Assembly (NCBI GenBank): GCA_965200495.1
Contig: CBDAUG010000001.1
Span: 1,191,406 to 1,255,405, forward strand
Source of the DNA: Alphaproteobacteria bacterium
Lineage (GTDB): Bacteria > Pseudomonadota > Alphaproteobacteria > SP197
DNA length: 64,000 nt
Direction of reading: 5' to 3'
Each line of letters starts with the position of its first letter. The stretch's first letter is position 1. The notes beneath the pieces are model-generated. The model did not search any database. It was given only the letters and a program-made list of their open reading frames with translations, and was not told the origin of the DNA. Below, in pieces: positions 27,907 to 37,777 of this stretch. The translations under genes and the position numbers were made by a program.

Positions 27907-28470
27907 CCCGGTCGCCGCCCGCTCCGACTCTTCTCGTCGTCGCCGGTCCGAACGGGTGCGGCAAGTCCACCCTGACCCGCATGAGCGGGTTCAACGGCAT
28001 TGACATCATCGACCCTGACGCCATTGTGCGCAACATCGAGTCCGGCGACCTTCTTCTACAAGCGGCGCGCGCGTCGCTTCGTCGCCGGCGGGAGGCGTTG
28101 GACGCCGGACGGTCGCATCTGGTGGAGACCACGCTCGCAGGTTCCAGCATTATCCCCCACATGGCGGCGGTCCGGCTACCGGGTCGTCCTGCATGACGTG
28201 TCGATCGCCTCGCCGGAACAGGCGCTCGACCGCATCCGCAGCCGGGTGGCGCTTGGCGGCCACGATGTCCCGGAGGCGGACGCACGCCGGCGGTTCGTGC
28301 GCTCGTACACCAATCTCCCGGTTGCGATGGTGCACGCTGAGGAGGTTTTGCTCTACGACAACACCGACCCCGACAGGCCGCACCGGGAGGTTGCGATCCT
28401 GATGAACGGGATCCGGTGGGTTGCCGGGGCGGTTCCCGGCTGGGCGGCTGCGGCTCTCGCTCGAAGCTGA
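27882..28470 (+). pseudogene. Zeta-toxin-like / COG4185-type P-loop ATPase, disrupted (no canonical start, one frameshift)
   Basis: Intact Walker A LLVVAGPNGCGKSTL and ETTLAGSS motifs in one frame, 27882-28196. The rest of the family core (GYRVVLHDVSIASPEQALDRIRSRVALGGHDVPEADARRRF) continues in the +1 frame up to 28470. The shift maps to the C5 homopolymer at about 28153-28157. No ATG or GTG lies upstream of the P-loop in frame. Confidence 0.5.
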
Positions 28471-28498
28471 ATCGGCCCATGCCGCTGGATAACGGAGG

Positions 28499-29477
28499 GT
28501 GTCGGACGTGTGCCCGGACCAGATCACGATCGAGGCCTCGGGCCTGAGAGACGCGTACCCTGGTGGACATCGTCTTCGAGGTCACCGCCACCCGTGTCGA
28601 GGCCGCGATCAAGACCTGCCTGAGACTGCCGCAAGGAGACCCGCGGCGTCTTCCCCGACACCATGCCCGGTCCGCTCCAGGACGGGCATGGCATCATCGC
28701 CTTCGCCATCCACCAGATGGCCGCCCACATGGTGCCCCTCAGCCGTGTCGCGCAGACCCTCAAGGCGCTCACCGGACGCTGCATCGCCGAGGCCACACTG
28801 CTGGCCTGGTGCACACGCCACGGCCAGCGCCCTCGAAGAGGTGGGAAAAGGCCGCCATCGCGTCCGTCCTCGCGGCACCGGTCCTGCACACAGACGAGAC
28901 CTCGATCCGCATCAACGGGAAGAACCACGGGCTGCACGATGGCAGCACGGGAGACATCACTGATGTTCTGCCACCCCAACAGGGGGCGCGCCGCCATGAA
29001 CGACATCGGGATCATCCCCCGTTACGGGGGCGTCCTCATCCACGACCGATGGTCGAGCTCTCTCTCCTTCGTGCACTGCCTCCACGCACTGTGCGGCGCC
29101 CACCTCGAACGCGACCTCCAGTGCATCGTCGATGCGCAACACATGCTCGCGCTGTTGAACCGGACCGCGCGCAAGGTCGGCAAGAGATCCGACAGGACGC
29201 TCTGCAGGAAGGACGTCAAGGCCCTGCGCAAACGCGACAGAACCATCCTCACCATGGGCCGGCGGGAACTCCCGCCCGTCCCGCCGCGCACGGACGGCAA
29301 ACGCGGACGCATCGCCAGGCCGAAAACCCCCTCGAAGCCCTCGCCAAACACGAAGACGCCGTCATAGGGTGCCGCATCGACAGCGACTTGAAGTCCGCAA
29401 GCGACCAGAGATACAACCCTCTCACCGCCATCCAGATCGCTCTCAAGGAAAACGCCGTCAACCTGACCCCCGGGTAA
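28499..29477 (+). mobile_element. IS66-family-like transposase remnant (multiple frameshifts, no intact ORF)
   Basis: Transposase-like segments are scattered over three frames: VLHTDETSIRINGKNHGLH, IGIIPRYGGVLIHDRWSSSLSFVHCLHALCGAHLERDL, and RDRTILTMGRRELPP. These resemble the IS66 TnpC DDE region and C-terminus. No inverted repeats identified. Confidence 0.5.
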
Positions 29478-29538
29478 TCACTCAAGTACGTGCAAAATGG
29501 GGCGAGTCGTTACGTTCCAGGATTCGATTCGTGACGGA

Positions 29539-30024
29539 TCATGCCTGGTACATGTGGTAGCGGCCGTGTGCGATGCCGTCGGGGAGGGCGAGGGGGCGCC
29601 AGGCGGCATGGGCGAGGGGCTGATCGCTGATGATGATGGCATCCTCGGCGAGAAGGGGCGGCAGGGCTTTGGCGAGCCAGGCGGCCAGGGCGAGGCTCGC
29701 CTGGCGGTCGCCCGAGCCGATATCGGCGTGGGCAAGGACGGCGGATGGCCCGAGGCGGTGCGCGGCACGGGGAAGTGTGTCGCGAAGCTCGCCGGAAAAC
29801 ATGTGGTGATCGTCGGGGATACAGTCGGGATGGGCGGCGATCCGACGGTCGAAACAGTAGATGTCGCGCTTGCCGAGGAGACAGCGCAGGTGGTCGTAGG
29901 TGCGGCCGTTGCCAAGCCCGATTTCAAGGATGTGACCGGGCCGCGCGCTGACAAGGCGGGCGGCCTCGTCGAGGCACAGCCGCTGGGCCTGAAGACGGCG
30001 AATGGCGCTGTCGAGCCGGCTCAC
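29539..30024 (-). CDS. Class I SAM-dependent methyltransferase-like protein
   Basis: ORF 29539..30093(-). A GTG start at 30024 avoids overlap with the upstream cNMP gene. The ILEIGLGNGRT glycine-rich SAM-binding motif I is present. Confidence 0.55.
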   Translation of the reverse strand: MSRLDSAIRRLQAQRLCLDEAARLVSARPGHILEIGLGNGRTYDHLRCLLGKRDIYCFDRRIAAHPDCIPDDHHMFSGELRDTLPRAAHRLGPSAVLAHADIGSGDRQASLALAAWLAKALPPLLAEDAIIISDQPLAHAAWRPLALPDGIAHGRYHMYQA

Positions 30025-30028
30025 GCCT

Positions 30029-30478
30029 TCAGGAGCCGGCCATGGCGTCACGCAGGAGGGTGGTCGTTTTCTCCACGCGGCGGGCGAGTTCACGCATGAT
30101 CTCGATCGAGATCGACGGGAACTGGTTGACCAACTGGAAGAAGAGCTCCTTGGAAATCATCAGTGTCTCCACCTTCGTCGAGGCCTTCACCGTTGCCGTG
30201 CGCGGCACGTCGCACAGGATCGCATTCTCTCCGAGGAGATCGTTGGGACCGAGCGTTGCCACCTTCACCGGCCCGGACTCCGATTCGACGAGGACATCGG
30301 CGTCGCCGGCAATGATGATGTAGGCGGCATCGCCCTCGTCACCCTGGCGGCACAGCAGATCACCGGGTGCGAAGGTCAGGCGTTGCGCCGTGAAGGCAAG
30401 GAGCTTCAGCCGGCTCGGCTCGATTTTCGAGAACAGCGGGATGGTGCGCAACAGGTCGACTTCCTCCTGCAGGCTCAT
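30029..30478 (-). CDS. Cyclic-nucleotide-binding (cNMP/CAP effector) domain protein, stand-alone
   Basis: 149 aa. CAP-family cNMP-binding signatures are present (LLRTIPLFSKIEPSRL...FAPGDLLCRQGDEGDAAYIIIAGDADVL...LGPNDLLGENAIL...RTATVKA). No DNA-binding HTH follows. Confidence 0.75.
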   Translation of the reverse strand: MSLQEEVDLLRTIPLFSKIEPSRLKLLAFTAQRLTFAPGDLLCRQGDEGDAAYIIIAGDADVLVESESGPVKVATLGPNDLLGENAILCDVPRTATVKASTKVETLMISKELFFQLVNQFPSISIEIMRELARRVEKTTTLLRDAMAGS

Positions 30479-30497
30479 GGGTTATGTCCTCCTCATG

Positions 30498-33176
30498 TCA
30501 TTCTTGTGCTATCAGGCGGGCGAGAACGGAATCGGCGCTTTGGGTGAGTTCCGCGAAGGTGCCCCTCTCGGCAAGCGTGCCGTCCTTCAAGACGAGGACC
30601 TGGTCGAACCGGGCGGCATCGCTTGGCCGGTGTACCACCCAGATCAGCGCTCTCGAGCGAAATTCCTGGCGCACATTGTCCATGACGGCGGCCTGGGAGG
30701 CTCCGTCGAGCATGGCTGTCGCTTCCGAGAGGACCATGATAGCCGGACGTTTGAGAATCGCACGGGCAATGGCTGTCTTCTGCCGCTGCGCCGGCGAGAG
30801 ACGGGCGCCGCCGATTCCGACCTCGGTTTCGAGGCCGAGTTCGATTACCAGGGGGCGAAGATCGAGGTCGCGGATGACGTCGGCCATCAGGCGTCCCACC
30901 TTCTCCTGGGATCCGGCCATGCCCCAGGCGATCTTGCCGAAGAGGATGTTGTCCTGGAGTGACAGCGCGGGATTGTATTGCGCCCGGTCGAAGAACGAGA
31001 TGGCGCTCTTGAGGTCTTCCGAAAGGTTGGCGGCAAAGGCGTGACGCACCTCGAGAAGCCGGTCCTGCATGGCGTCGTCGATCAGGCCGAGACGATGGCG
31101 CGCCGGGGCGAGGCGGAAGGGAAGTGCGAGGAAGCGCTGGCGTTCCTCGTCATCGAGACTCTCCTCGCCGCTGCGTCCCACCTTGGCAAGCAGTGTGCGG
31201 TATTCGGGCAGATCATCGGGCGAAATGAACGAGAACTGCAGGAAGAACTCGTGATCTGCCGGCAGGTCGGCGAAGAGTTCGACCATGGTGCGGGCGACCT
31301 CGCACCCCATGGTCAGGAACTCTTCCGTCAGCCCGGCGCTGGTGAGCAGGGACATGACGTGGTCGTTTTGCGGCAGGCGATCAAGATCGAAGGTGTCACC
31401 GACGGGCGTGCCGAAGAGCAGGTTCTCGCCGACCGTCGCATTGGTGTTGTAGGTGCCACGGTCGAACGGCTCGACCAGTCCGGCCAGAGTATCGCACGCG
31501 AGGCGTTCCTCGAGAATGCGGCGCGCCTCGAGGAGCCTTTCCGCCTCCCGGGGGCGGCTCGCCGGATCAAGCTGGCGCCGCAGTCCCATACGGTAGACAT
31601 CATCCTCGAAATCGGCGACCGCCAGGGCGTGGCGTACCGCATCGATCAGGCCTGACCCGGTGTCCGCACCGGCCAGGCCCAGGTTGACCCAGTCGTCCTC
31701 GACGTCATCGGGACTGTTGGCCGTCAGTTGACGCTCGCGCGCCTGGCGGGCCACTGCATCCTCGATCGCCTGCGGGACAGGCCGCGACTCTTGCGGCGTC
31801 TGGCGCAGACCGTAGAGAAGATTGTCGAGAAGTGATGCGGAAAACAGCGACGTCGCGGGGCCGACATAACCGATCCGTCGCCCCAGGGTGGCCTCCGGAA
31901 GATCGCCGGCGTCCTCGACTCCGTAGGAAAGACGGCCCTGCGTGGTGTCGACGAGACGGACGATCAGTGCCGCAATCCTGTCGCGACCGCTTGCCGCGTC
32001 GCCGGTGACGGCGACGTGACTGTCGAGCGGAATGTCGAAGTTGAGACTGTCAATGAGAGTGTCATCGTCCTCGATGTACTTCACGCCGGTTGCCGCCAGG
32101 CTACCCGTAAACGGCGCGACCTCGCGGTCGTCAAAGACGACGGCGTCGCTTCTCATGCCGGCCGGCGCAAACTGGGTGACCACCTGGTCGTACTTGATCC
32201 TGGCGTCCTCGCGGATCTGGTAGTGATTGAGCAGTTCCTTCCAGGGAGGCGGCAGATCCTTGTAGGCGGCCAGGACGGCAACCAGGCCACCAAGGGTGAG
32301 CGATCCATCGATCACGAACCAGCCGCCGATGGCATAAAAGAAGAATGGTGTGATCTGCGCCAGAAAGTTGTTGAGGAACTTGATGAAGAACTTCTTGCGA
32401 TAGATCTGGTAGCGGATGTCGAAGATGCGACCCATGCGCGCGGTAAACTCGGCCGCCTCCCAGCGCGCCATGCCGTTGGCGTGCAGTTCCTCGACCCCCT
32501 GGACGGTTTCCGAGATGCGCTCCGAGACCTTGCGCACTTCCCTGACGCGATCCTTCGCAAGAAGATTGACCTGGCGCTGGAGTTTCGGAATGAGCCAACC
32601 TTGCATGGGGTAGAGCGCGACCGAGGCGAGGCCCATCAGGGGATCCTGCACGAAGATGAAGAACAGGGCCGTGATCAGGAGGCCACCCTGATACATGGGC
32701 AGGGCAAAGGCGTCGCCGATAAAGCCGCCGAGAGGCTCGACTTCCTGTGTCACCATGGGGATCAGTTCGCCGGAACTCACCCGCCGGAAGTGGGGGGAGG
32801 GAAAGCGCAGGATCCGGCTGTAGAGCTGGTAGCGCAGCCGCCGCAGCATGCGCTCGCCAAGAAGGCCCTTGTACACGTTGATGGCGTACTTGAAGCCGCC
32901 GTTGGCAAGCACGAGAGCCAGGAAGAGACCGCAATAGAGGGCGAGCAGTGTCAGACGTTCCATCTCGCCGAGGTGCATGCCAAGGACGACGACAGGGCGC
33001 AGGTCCGCCGTGCCGGGAGAAAGCGAGTCCGGGTCCTCGAGCACGTGGTTGACGATGAGCTTGGGAATGTCGAGGGAGGCGTAATAGAACGGCAACGAGA
33101 ACAGCGTGAAGAGCAGGATGAAGATCTGCTCCTTGCGCGAGTACCGGAAGATGAACTTGTAGACTGTGGATTCCAT
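30498..33176 (-). CDS. ABC-exporter-like protein: N-terminal 6-TM ABC transmembrane domain plus long C-terminal NBD-like region with degenerate Walker A
   Basis: 892 aa. The N-terminal about 330 aa is a type-1 ABC TMD. The C-terminal region retains the signature LSPAQRQKTAIARAIL and Walker B IMVLSEATAMLD. The Walker A position reads VTGDAASGRDRIAALIV, with no GKS/T. A roughly 300 aa insertion lies between the A-site and the signature. Confidence 0.65.
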   Translation of the reverse strand: MESTVYKFIFRYSRKEQIFILLFTLFSLPFYYASLDIPKLIVNHVLEDPDSLSPGTADLRPVVVLGMHLGEMERLTLLALYCGLFLALVLANGGFKYAINVYKGLLGERMLRRLRYQLYSRILRFPSPHFRRVSSGELIPMVTQEVEPLGGFIGDAFALPMYQGGLLITALFFIFVQDPLMGLASVALYPMQGWLIPKLQRQVNLLAKDRVREVRKVSERISETVQGVEELHANGMARWEAAEFTARMGRIFDIRYQIYRKKFFIKFLNNFLAQITPFFFYAIGGWFVIDGSLTLGGLVAVLAAYKDLPPPWKELLNHYQIREDARIKYDQVVTQFAPAGMRSDAVVFDDREVAPFTGSLAATGVKYIEDDDTLIDSLNFDIPLDSHVAVTGDAASGRDRIAALIVRLVDTTQGRLSYGVEDAGDLPEATLGRRIGYVGPATSLFSASLLDNLLYGLRQTPQESRPVPQAIEDAVARQARERQLTANSPDDVEDDWVNLGLAGADTGSGLIDAVRHALAVADFEDDVYRMGLRRQLDPASRPREAERLLEARRILEERLACDTLAGLVEPFDRGTYNTNATVGENLLFGTPVGDTFDLDRLPQNDHVMSLLTSAGLTEEFLTMGCEVARTMVELFADLPADHEFFLQFSFISPDDLPEYRTLLAKVGRSGEESLDDEERQRFLALPFRLAPARHRLGLIDDAMQDRLLEVRHAFAANLSEDLKSAISFFDRAQYNPALSLQDNILFGKIAWGMAGSQEKVGRLMADVIRDLDLRPLVIELGLETEVGIGGARLSPAQRQKTAIARAILKRPAIMVLSEATAMLDGASQAAVMDNVRQEFRSRALIWVVHRPSDAARFDQVLVLKDGTLAERGTFAELTQSADSVLARLIAQE

Positions 33177-33325
33177 GGTCCCGGTCCGTCATTCCTTCTC
33201 CCGGCGATACTAGGTTCGCATGGCGCCGGATCAAGACTCTGCGCGTTTGCCGGCATTCATCCGGTGACGACAGGGCGGCGGACATGGCAGGATGCGGACC
33301 GGATCGGGAAACAGACGGGTGCGTC

Positions 33326-34573
33326 ATGAGCAAGGTGCCGGAACGCCCGCGCGTCCTGATCTACAGTCATGACAGTTTCGGACTGGGGCATTTGCGCCGG
33401 TGCCGGGCCATCGCCCATGCCATGGTGGGAGCCGTCGACAACCTCACTGTCCTCATCCTTTCCGGCCTTCCCATCATTGGCAGCTTCGATTTTCGTGCCC
33501 GGGTGGACTTCGTGCGCATTCCGGGTGTCATCAAGTTGCGCAACGGAGAGTACTCGCCGCTCAATCCGATGCTCGGTATCGAGCAGACCATGGCGTTGCG
33601 CTCTTCCATCATGCGGCACACCGCCGACATCTTTGATCCCGATATCTTCCTCGTCGACAAGGAACCCCTCGGACTGCGGGGCGAGGTCCGCGAAACGATC
33701 GACATGCTCAAGGATCGCGGCACCAGGATCATTCTCGGTCTGCGTGACGTCATGGATGACCCTGAGCTCCTGAAGCCGGAGTGGGAGCGCAAGAACGCGG
33801 TCCCGGCCCTGAGCGATCTCTACGACGAAATCTGGATCTATGGCCTGCCCCAGATTCATGATCCGCTTGTCGAGATCGACATGCCGGACTCGGTGCGTCG
33901 CAAGGTGGTCTACACGGGATATCTCAAGCGCACGGTGCCCGTGCTGAGCCCGGAAGCAGCGCTGCCGGACGCCATTGATGAGCCCTTTGTGCTCGTCACC
34001 ACGGGTGGTGGAGGGGATGGCGATTTGCTGGTTGACCGGGCGCTGGCAGCCTACGAAAGCGCCAGGGCGCCTGAACAGCCGGCTCTGGTGGTGTTCGGAC
34101 CATTCATGCAGCCCGAGGTCAAGACTGCGTTCCAGCTCCGTGTCGATCGCCTTGAACAGGTATCGGCCATCACCTTCGAGACGCACCTCGAGTCGCTGAT
34201 GGCGCGGGCCGTGGGTGTGGTGGCCATGGGGGGCTACAACACGTTCTGCGAGATCCTGTCATTCGACAAGCCGGCTCTCATCGTTCCGCGACAGGCGCCG
34301 CGCCGCGAGCAGATGATCCGGGCCAGCCGCGCCTGCGAACTCGGCCTTGTCTCGATGCTGACCGAAGACGCCGCGGCCCGTGACGACGCAATGGCGACGG
34401 CGATTCGCCAACTGCCGCAACAGCGCCGCCCCAGCCAGGTTGTGGTTCCAGGGCTCCTCGACGGCCTCGAGAATGTCAATCGGCTGGTCGGGATGCATCT
34501 CGCCGCAAACCGCGCTGGCCCGCGCCCTGCGCCAGAAGGGTTGACCGTCAGCCGGCGGCACGGCGGTGGATGA
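33326..34573 (+). CDS. Glycosyltransferase, GT-B fold, COG4671 / GT28-MGT-like (UDP-sugar dependent)
   Basis: ORF 33284..34573, start at the ATG at 33326. N-terminal motif YSHDSFGLGHLRRCRAIAHAM and C-terminal GGYNTFCEIL resemble MurG/UDP-glycosyltransferase GT-B enzymes. Paralogous to 39458..40588. Confidence 0.65.
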   Translation: MSKVPERPRVLIYSHDSFGLGHLRRCRAIAHAMVGAVDNLTVLILSGLPIIGSFDFRARVDFVRIPGVIKLRNGEYSPLNPMLGIEQTMALRSSIMRHTADIFDPDIFLVDKEPLGLRGEVRETIDMLKDRGTRIILGLRDVMDDPELLKPEWERKNAVPALSDLYDEIWIYGLPQIHDPLVEIDMPDSVRRKVVYTGYLKRTVPVLSPEAALPDAIDEPFVLVTTGGGGDGDLLVDRALAAYESARAPEQPALVVFGPFMQPEVKTAFQLRVDRLEQVSAITFETHLESLMARAVGVVAMGGYNTFCEILSFDKPALIVPRQAPRREQMIRASRACELGLVSMLTEDAAARDDAMATAIRQLPQQRRPSQVVVPGLLDGLENVNRLVGMHLAANRAGPRPAPEGLTVSRRHGGG

Positions 34574-35741
34574 GAGCACTTCGTGCAAGCCACAGCGCCG
34601 GAATGAGGAAGAGCGGTATGGAGGTGAGGATGAATGTCGACCAGCCCAGGGTCACTGTCAGCGCTCCTGAGGCAAAGGACGCAACCGCAGCCGCGAGCGC
34701 GATCAGAGTCTCGTTCAGTCCCTGGATCCGTGACTGATCCTCGGGCCGGACATGTTCGGCAAGCAGGCTTGTCGCCCCGATGAAGCCGAAGTTCCAGCCG
34801 AGCCCGAGCAGGACAAGGGCAAGATAGAAGTTCTCCAGAGCAACACCGGACCACGCGGTGAAGGCGGCCGCAGCCAGCAGGGCAAGACCGATGGCAATGA
34901 CACGGTACGTCCCCCAGCGGGCGATCAGCGACCCGGTCAGGAAGCTCGGGCCAAACATGGCGACGACGTGCCAGCGCACCACGTCGGCCGACTGATCGGT
35001 CGACAGCCCGCAGCTGGCCATCGCGATACTGGTGGGTGTCATCACGAATACCATCATGGCATGGGCGGCGGCGGCGCAGACAATGGCGGTCACCACTGGC
35101 GGGCTGCCAAGAATCTGCCCCAGTGGCCGTGCCGTTGTCCGTGGACGCGCAGGAGGCTTTGCAAGATCGAGAAAGGCGACCGGAAGACAGCCGACAAGGC
35201 AGATGATCACGATGGCCGCATAGGCCCCGGCAAAGGGTACGGGGAAGAAGTGATCCCGGGTGTGGATCAGGATTTCCGGGCCGAGCAGCGCGGCAATCAG
35301 ACCCGCTCCGGTGATGATGGCGATGGCCTTGGGTTTCCAGGGGCCGTCAACGGCATCGGCGGCGGCGAAGCGGAAGTACCACAGGCTGCTCTGCATGGCG
35401 CCGAAGCACACATGGGCGAGGCACAGATAGACGAAATCCCTTTCGAAGAGGGCCACCGCGCCCAGCCAGCCTCCTGCCATGGCGCACCCGGCACCGCCAA
35501 GAAACCCGGCGCGGCGTCCGAATCTCCCCATGATGAGGGAAATGGGCGTGGCCATGACCATGGCGCTCAGCATCTGCAGGGAAATGGCGACGGTGGCGAG
35601 ACTGGGCACAGGCGCCACGTAGGTTCCGGCAAGTCCCGCCATGATGATGAGCATGGGCATCTGGGCGCCAAGCACGGCGTTGCCCGCAAACAGCAGGACG
35701 AGATTGCGCACGGCACTTCGATCGTTGACTGAATGGCTCAC
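34548..35741 (-). CDS. MFS transporter
   Basis: 397 aa, 12 TM. MFS loop motif MGRFGRRAG. Convergent with the glycosyltransferase; their 3' ends overlap by 26 nt. Confidence 0.75.
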   Translation of the reverse strand: MSHSVNDRSAVRNLVLLFAGNAVLGAQMPMLIIMAGLAGTYVAPVPSLATVAISLQMLSAMVMATPISLIMGRFGRRAGFLGGAGCAMAGGWLGAVALFERDFVYLCLAHVCFGAMQSSLWYFRFAAADAVDGPWKPKAIAIITGAGLIAALLGPEILIHTRDHFFPVPFAGAYAAIVIICLVGCLPVAFLDLAKPPARPRTTARPLGQILGSPPVVTAIVCAAAAHAMMVFVMTPTSIAMASCGLSTDQSADVVRWHVVAMFGPSFLTGSLIARWGTYRVIAIGLALLAAAAFTAWSGVALENFYLALVLLGLGWNFGFIGATSLLAEHVRPEDQSRIQGLNETLIALAAAVASFASGALTVTLGWSTFILTSIPLFLIPALWLARSALIHRRAAG

Positions 35742-36538
35742 GCGTTCAGCCTCCGGTCCGTTTCACGGGTCATCGCCATGCCTGGAGGCAACGCTTCCTC
35801 TGCGCGCAGACGCGCCAGTTCCTGGCGCCACGCCAAGGATTTGAACACCGCTTGTGCCGTGCCGTACCTTGCGCATGTCGGGTGCGCATGCGTTGCCTTC
35901 TCAGGCTGCTCAATCCGGCGGCGCGTATGAAGCCGTCCTTGCGGCGCACGCTGGCGCCGGGTTTGTCGACGACATCCCGGGTGCCGGGGTCTTTCGCAAT
36001 GACCGCTCCGCTCGCCGGCTTCCGGGAGGCGAGACGCCGCCGGTTGCGCCGCTTCATGGCAATGCTGCACGTCGTCCGGCCATGCCCGCCGCATGAATGA
36101 TCCCGCAGTCACCGGTGGCCCTCTGGCCCGTCTTCATGTCGAGACCTGTCACGCTGCCAGCCTGCAACGGGCGGTTGCCGTTGATTCGCCTCATGACAGC
36201 GCGCAACGGGGTTTGCCGTCACGGCGTCACCGGCCCGGTCTGCGGTACGCTGTCGATGGACAATCTGACGACATTCGGTATCGTCCGCCATGCGCGGTCG
36301 GCTCTCCATTGAGCGTTTGGTGGGGCGGGGTAGGCGGCCCCGGAACCACATGCCTCATCCCGTAACATCGCCATTCAGTCAAGAACTGCTGACGGGCGTA
36401 TCATGGTTCGCTGCACGGAGGATCTACCGGGCGATGAAAGGGAAAGGCTGTTCATGACGGACTCGTCGAGTGTGCGGGACAGATCACATCGCCGGCGCCG
36501 TGCCCGATGCCTCCACTCCGGGCGGATGTTGCTGACTC

Positions 36539-37777
36539 GTGCCCGGTAACGTTGCCTTCGTGGTGAAGGGTTGGCCCCGCCTCTCCGAGACCTTCATCGC
36601 CCAGGAGATCCTGGCCCTGGAGAAGCGCGGACTCGACATCCGGATCGTCTCCCTGCGTCATCCATCGACGCCGGATCGTCATGCGATCCACGATGCCGTG
36701 AGGGCACCGGTCACGTGGCTTCCGGAGTATCTTCACGAGGAACCCGTGCGGACCTGGAAGGCCTGGCAACGTGCCCGGAAACTGCCGGGCTATGCCAGCG
36801 CGAGGCGCTGCTGGTGGTCCGATCTCCGGCGGGACCCGACACGCAACAGGGTGCGGCGCTTCGGTCAGGCCTGTGTTGTTGCCACGGAAATCACCCCTTT
36901 CGTGAACCACCTTCATGCCCATTTTCTCCATACCCCGGCATCCGTGACCCGCTATGCAGCGATGATGACCGGGCTTTCGTGGTCGGCATCGGCCCATGCG
37001 AAGGACATCTACACCACCCCCCGTCGCGATCTCGCGGACAAGATGTCCGACTGCGCCTGGCTGGTGACCTGTACGGCGGCAAACCGTGACTGGCTCGAGT
37101 CGCTGGCTCCGGGGCGACGTGTGTCACTCGCCTATCACGGCATTGATCAGGCGCGATGGCCGTCACCGGTCCGTTCCCCGGCGATACGCGATGGCAGCAA
37201 TGCGGACGATCCCGTGCGCCTTGTCACGGTGGGCCGCGCCGTCGAGAAAAAGGGGTATGGCACGCTCCTTGCCGCACTCGCCCTGCTGCCTGATGATCTC
37301 CACTGGCGCCTTATCCATGCCGGCGACGGACCGCTGCTTTCCTCGCTCGCCGAAACAGCCGCCCGGAAGGGACTCGACAGGAGAATCACCTGGCTGGGCG
37401 CCAGACGCCAGGACGAGATCCTTCAAACTCTTCAGGAGGGAGACCTCTTTGTTCTGGCGCCCCTCATCGCCCGTGACGGGGACCGTGACGGGCTTCCCAA
37501 TGTTCTCATGGAGGCGCAGAGCCAGGCACTCGCGGTGGTCACGACGGATGTCTCGGCAGTCGGCGAACTGGTGATCGACGGTTTCAACGGCTGTCTGGTT
37601 CCCCCAGACGATGCCCCGGCGCTGGCTGCCCGGCTCAGTCATCTTGTCCGCAACCCGCAGTTGCGCGAGCGCATGGGCCGCAACGGTGAGGATCGTGTGA
37701 GAACGGAGTTTTCCATGGAGAGCGGCATCGACAGGCTTGTTGATCTCTTCGCGTCGAGCGGGGTGACATGCGCGTAG
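36539..37777 (+). CDS. Glycosyltransferase family 1 (GT4-type, WcaL/colanic-acid-like)
   Basis: 412 aa. The C-terminal GT1 motif is present (VLAPLIARDGDRDGLPNVLMEAQSQALAVVTTDVSAVGELV). GTG start at 36539 per the ORF track. Confidence 0.8.
   Translation: MPGNVAFVVKGWPRLSETFIAQEILALEKRGLDIRIVSLRHPSTPDRHAIHDAVRAPVTWLPEYLHEEPVRTWKAWQRARKLPGYASARRCWWSDLRRDPTRNRVRRFGQACVVATEITPFVNHLHAHFLHTPASVTRYAAMMTGLSWSASAHAKDIYTTPRRDLADKMSDCAWLVTCTAANRDWLESLAPGRRVSLAYHGIDQARWPSPVRSPAIRDGSNADDPVRLVTVGRAVEKKGYGTLLAALALLPDDLHWRLIHAGDGPLLSSLAETAARKGLDRRITWLGARRQDEILQTLQEGDLFVLAPLIARDGDRDGLPNVLMEAQSQALAVVTTDVSAVGELVIDGFNGCLVPPDDAPALAARLSHLVRNPQLRERMGRNGEDRVRTEFSMESGIDRLVDLFASSGVTCA

Noticed and set aside
27941-27965. 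Apparent frameshift inside the Walker A of the zeta-like ATPase
   Set aside because: This was a mis-transcription on my part. Re-reading gives gcc ggt ccg aac ggg tgc ggc aag tcc acc, which is AGPNGCGKST in one frame, so the P-loop is intact. The only real frame break is the later one near 28153-28157.
35742-36538. 800-bp intergenic region between the divergent MFS gene and GT operon, with ORFs 35738-36112(-) and 35770-36057(-)
   Set aside because: These ORFs are Arg/Pro/Ala-rich with GC-artefact composition and no motifs. No tRNA-like T-loop, riboswitch core or repeat structure was recognized. It is probably a long regulatory region but nothing specific can be called.
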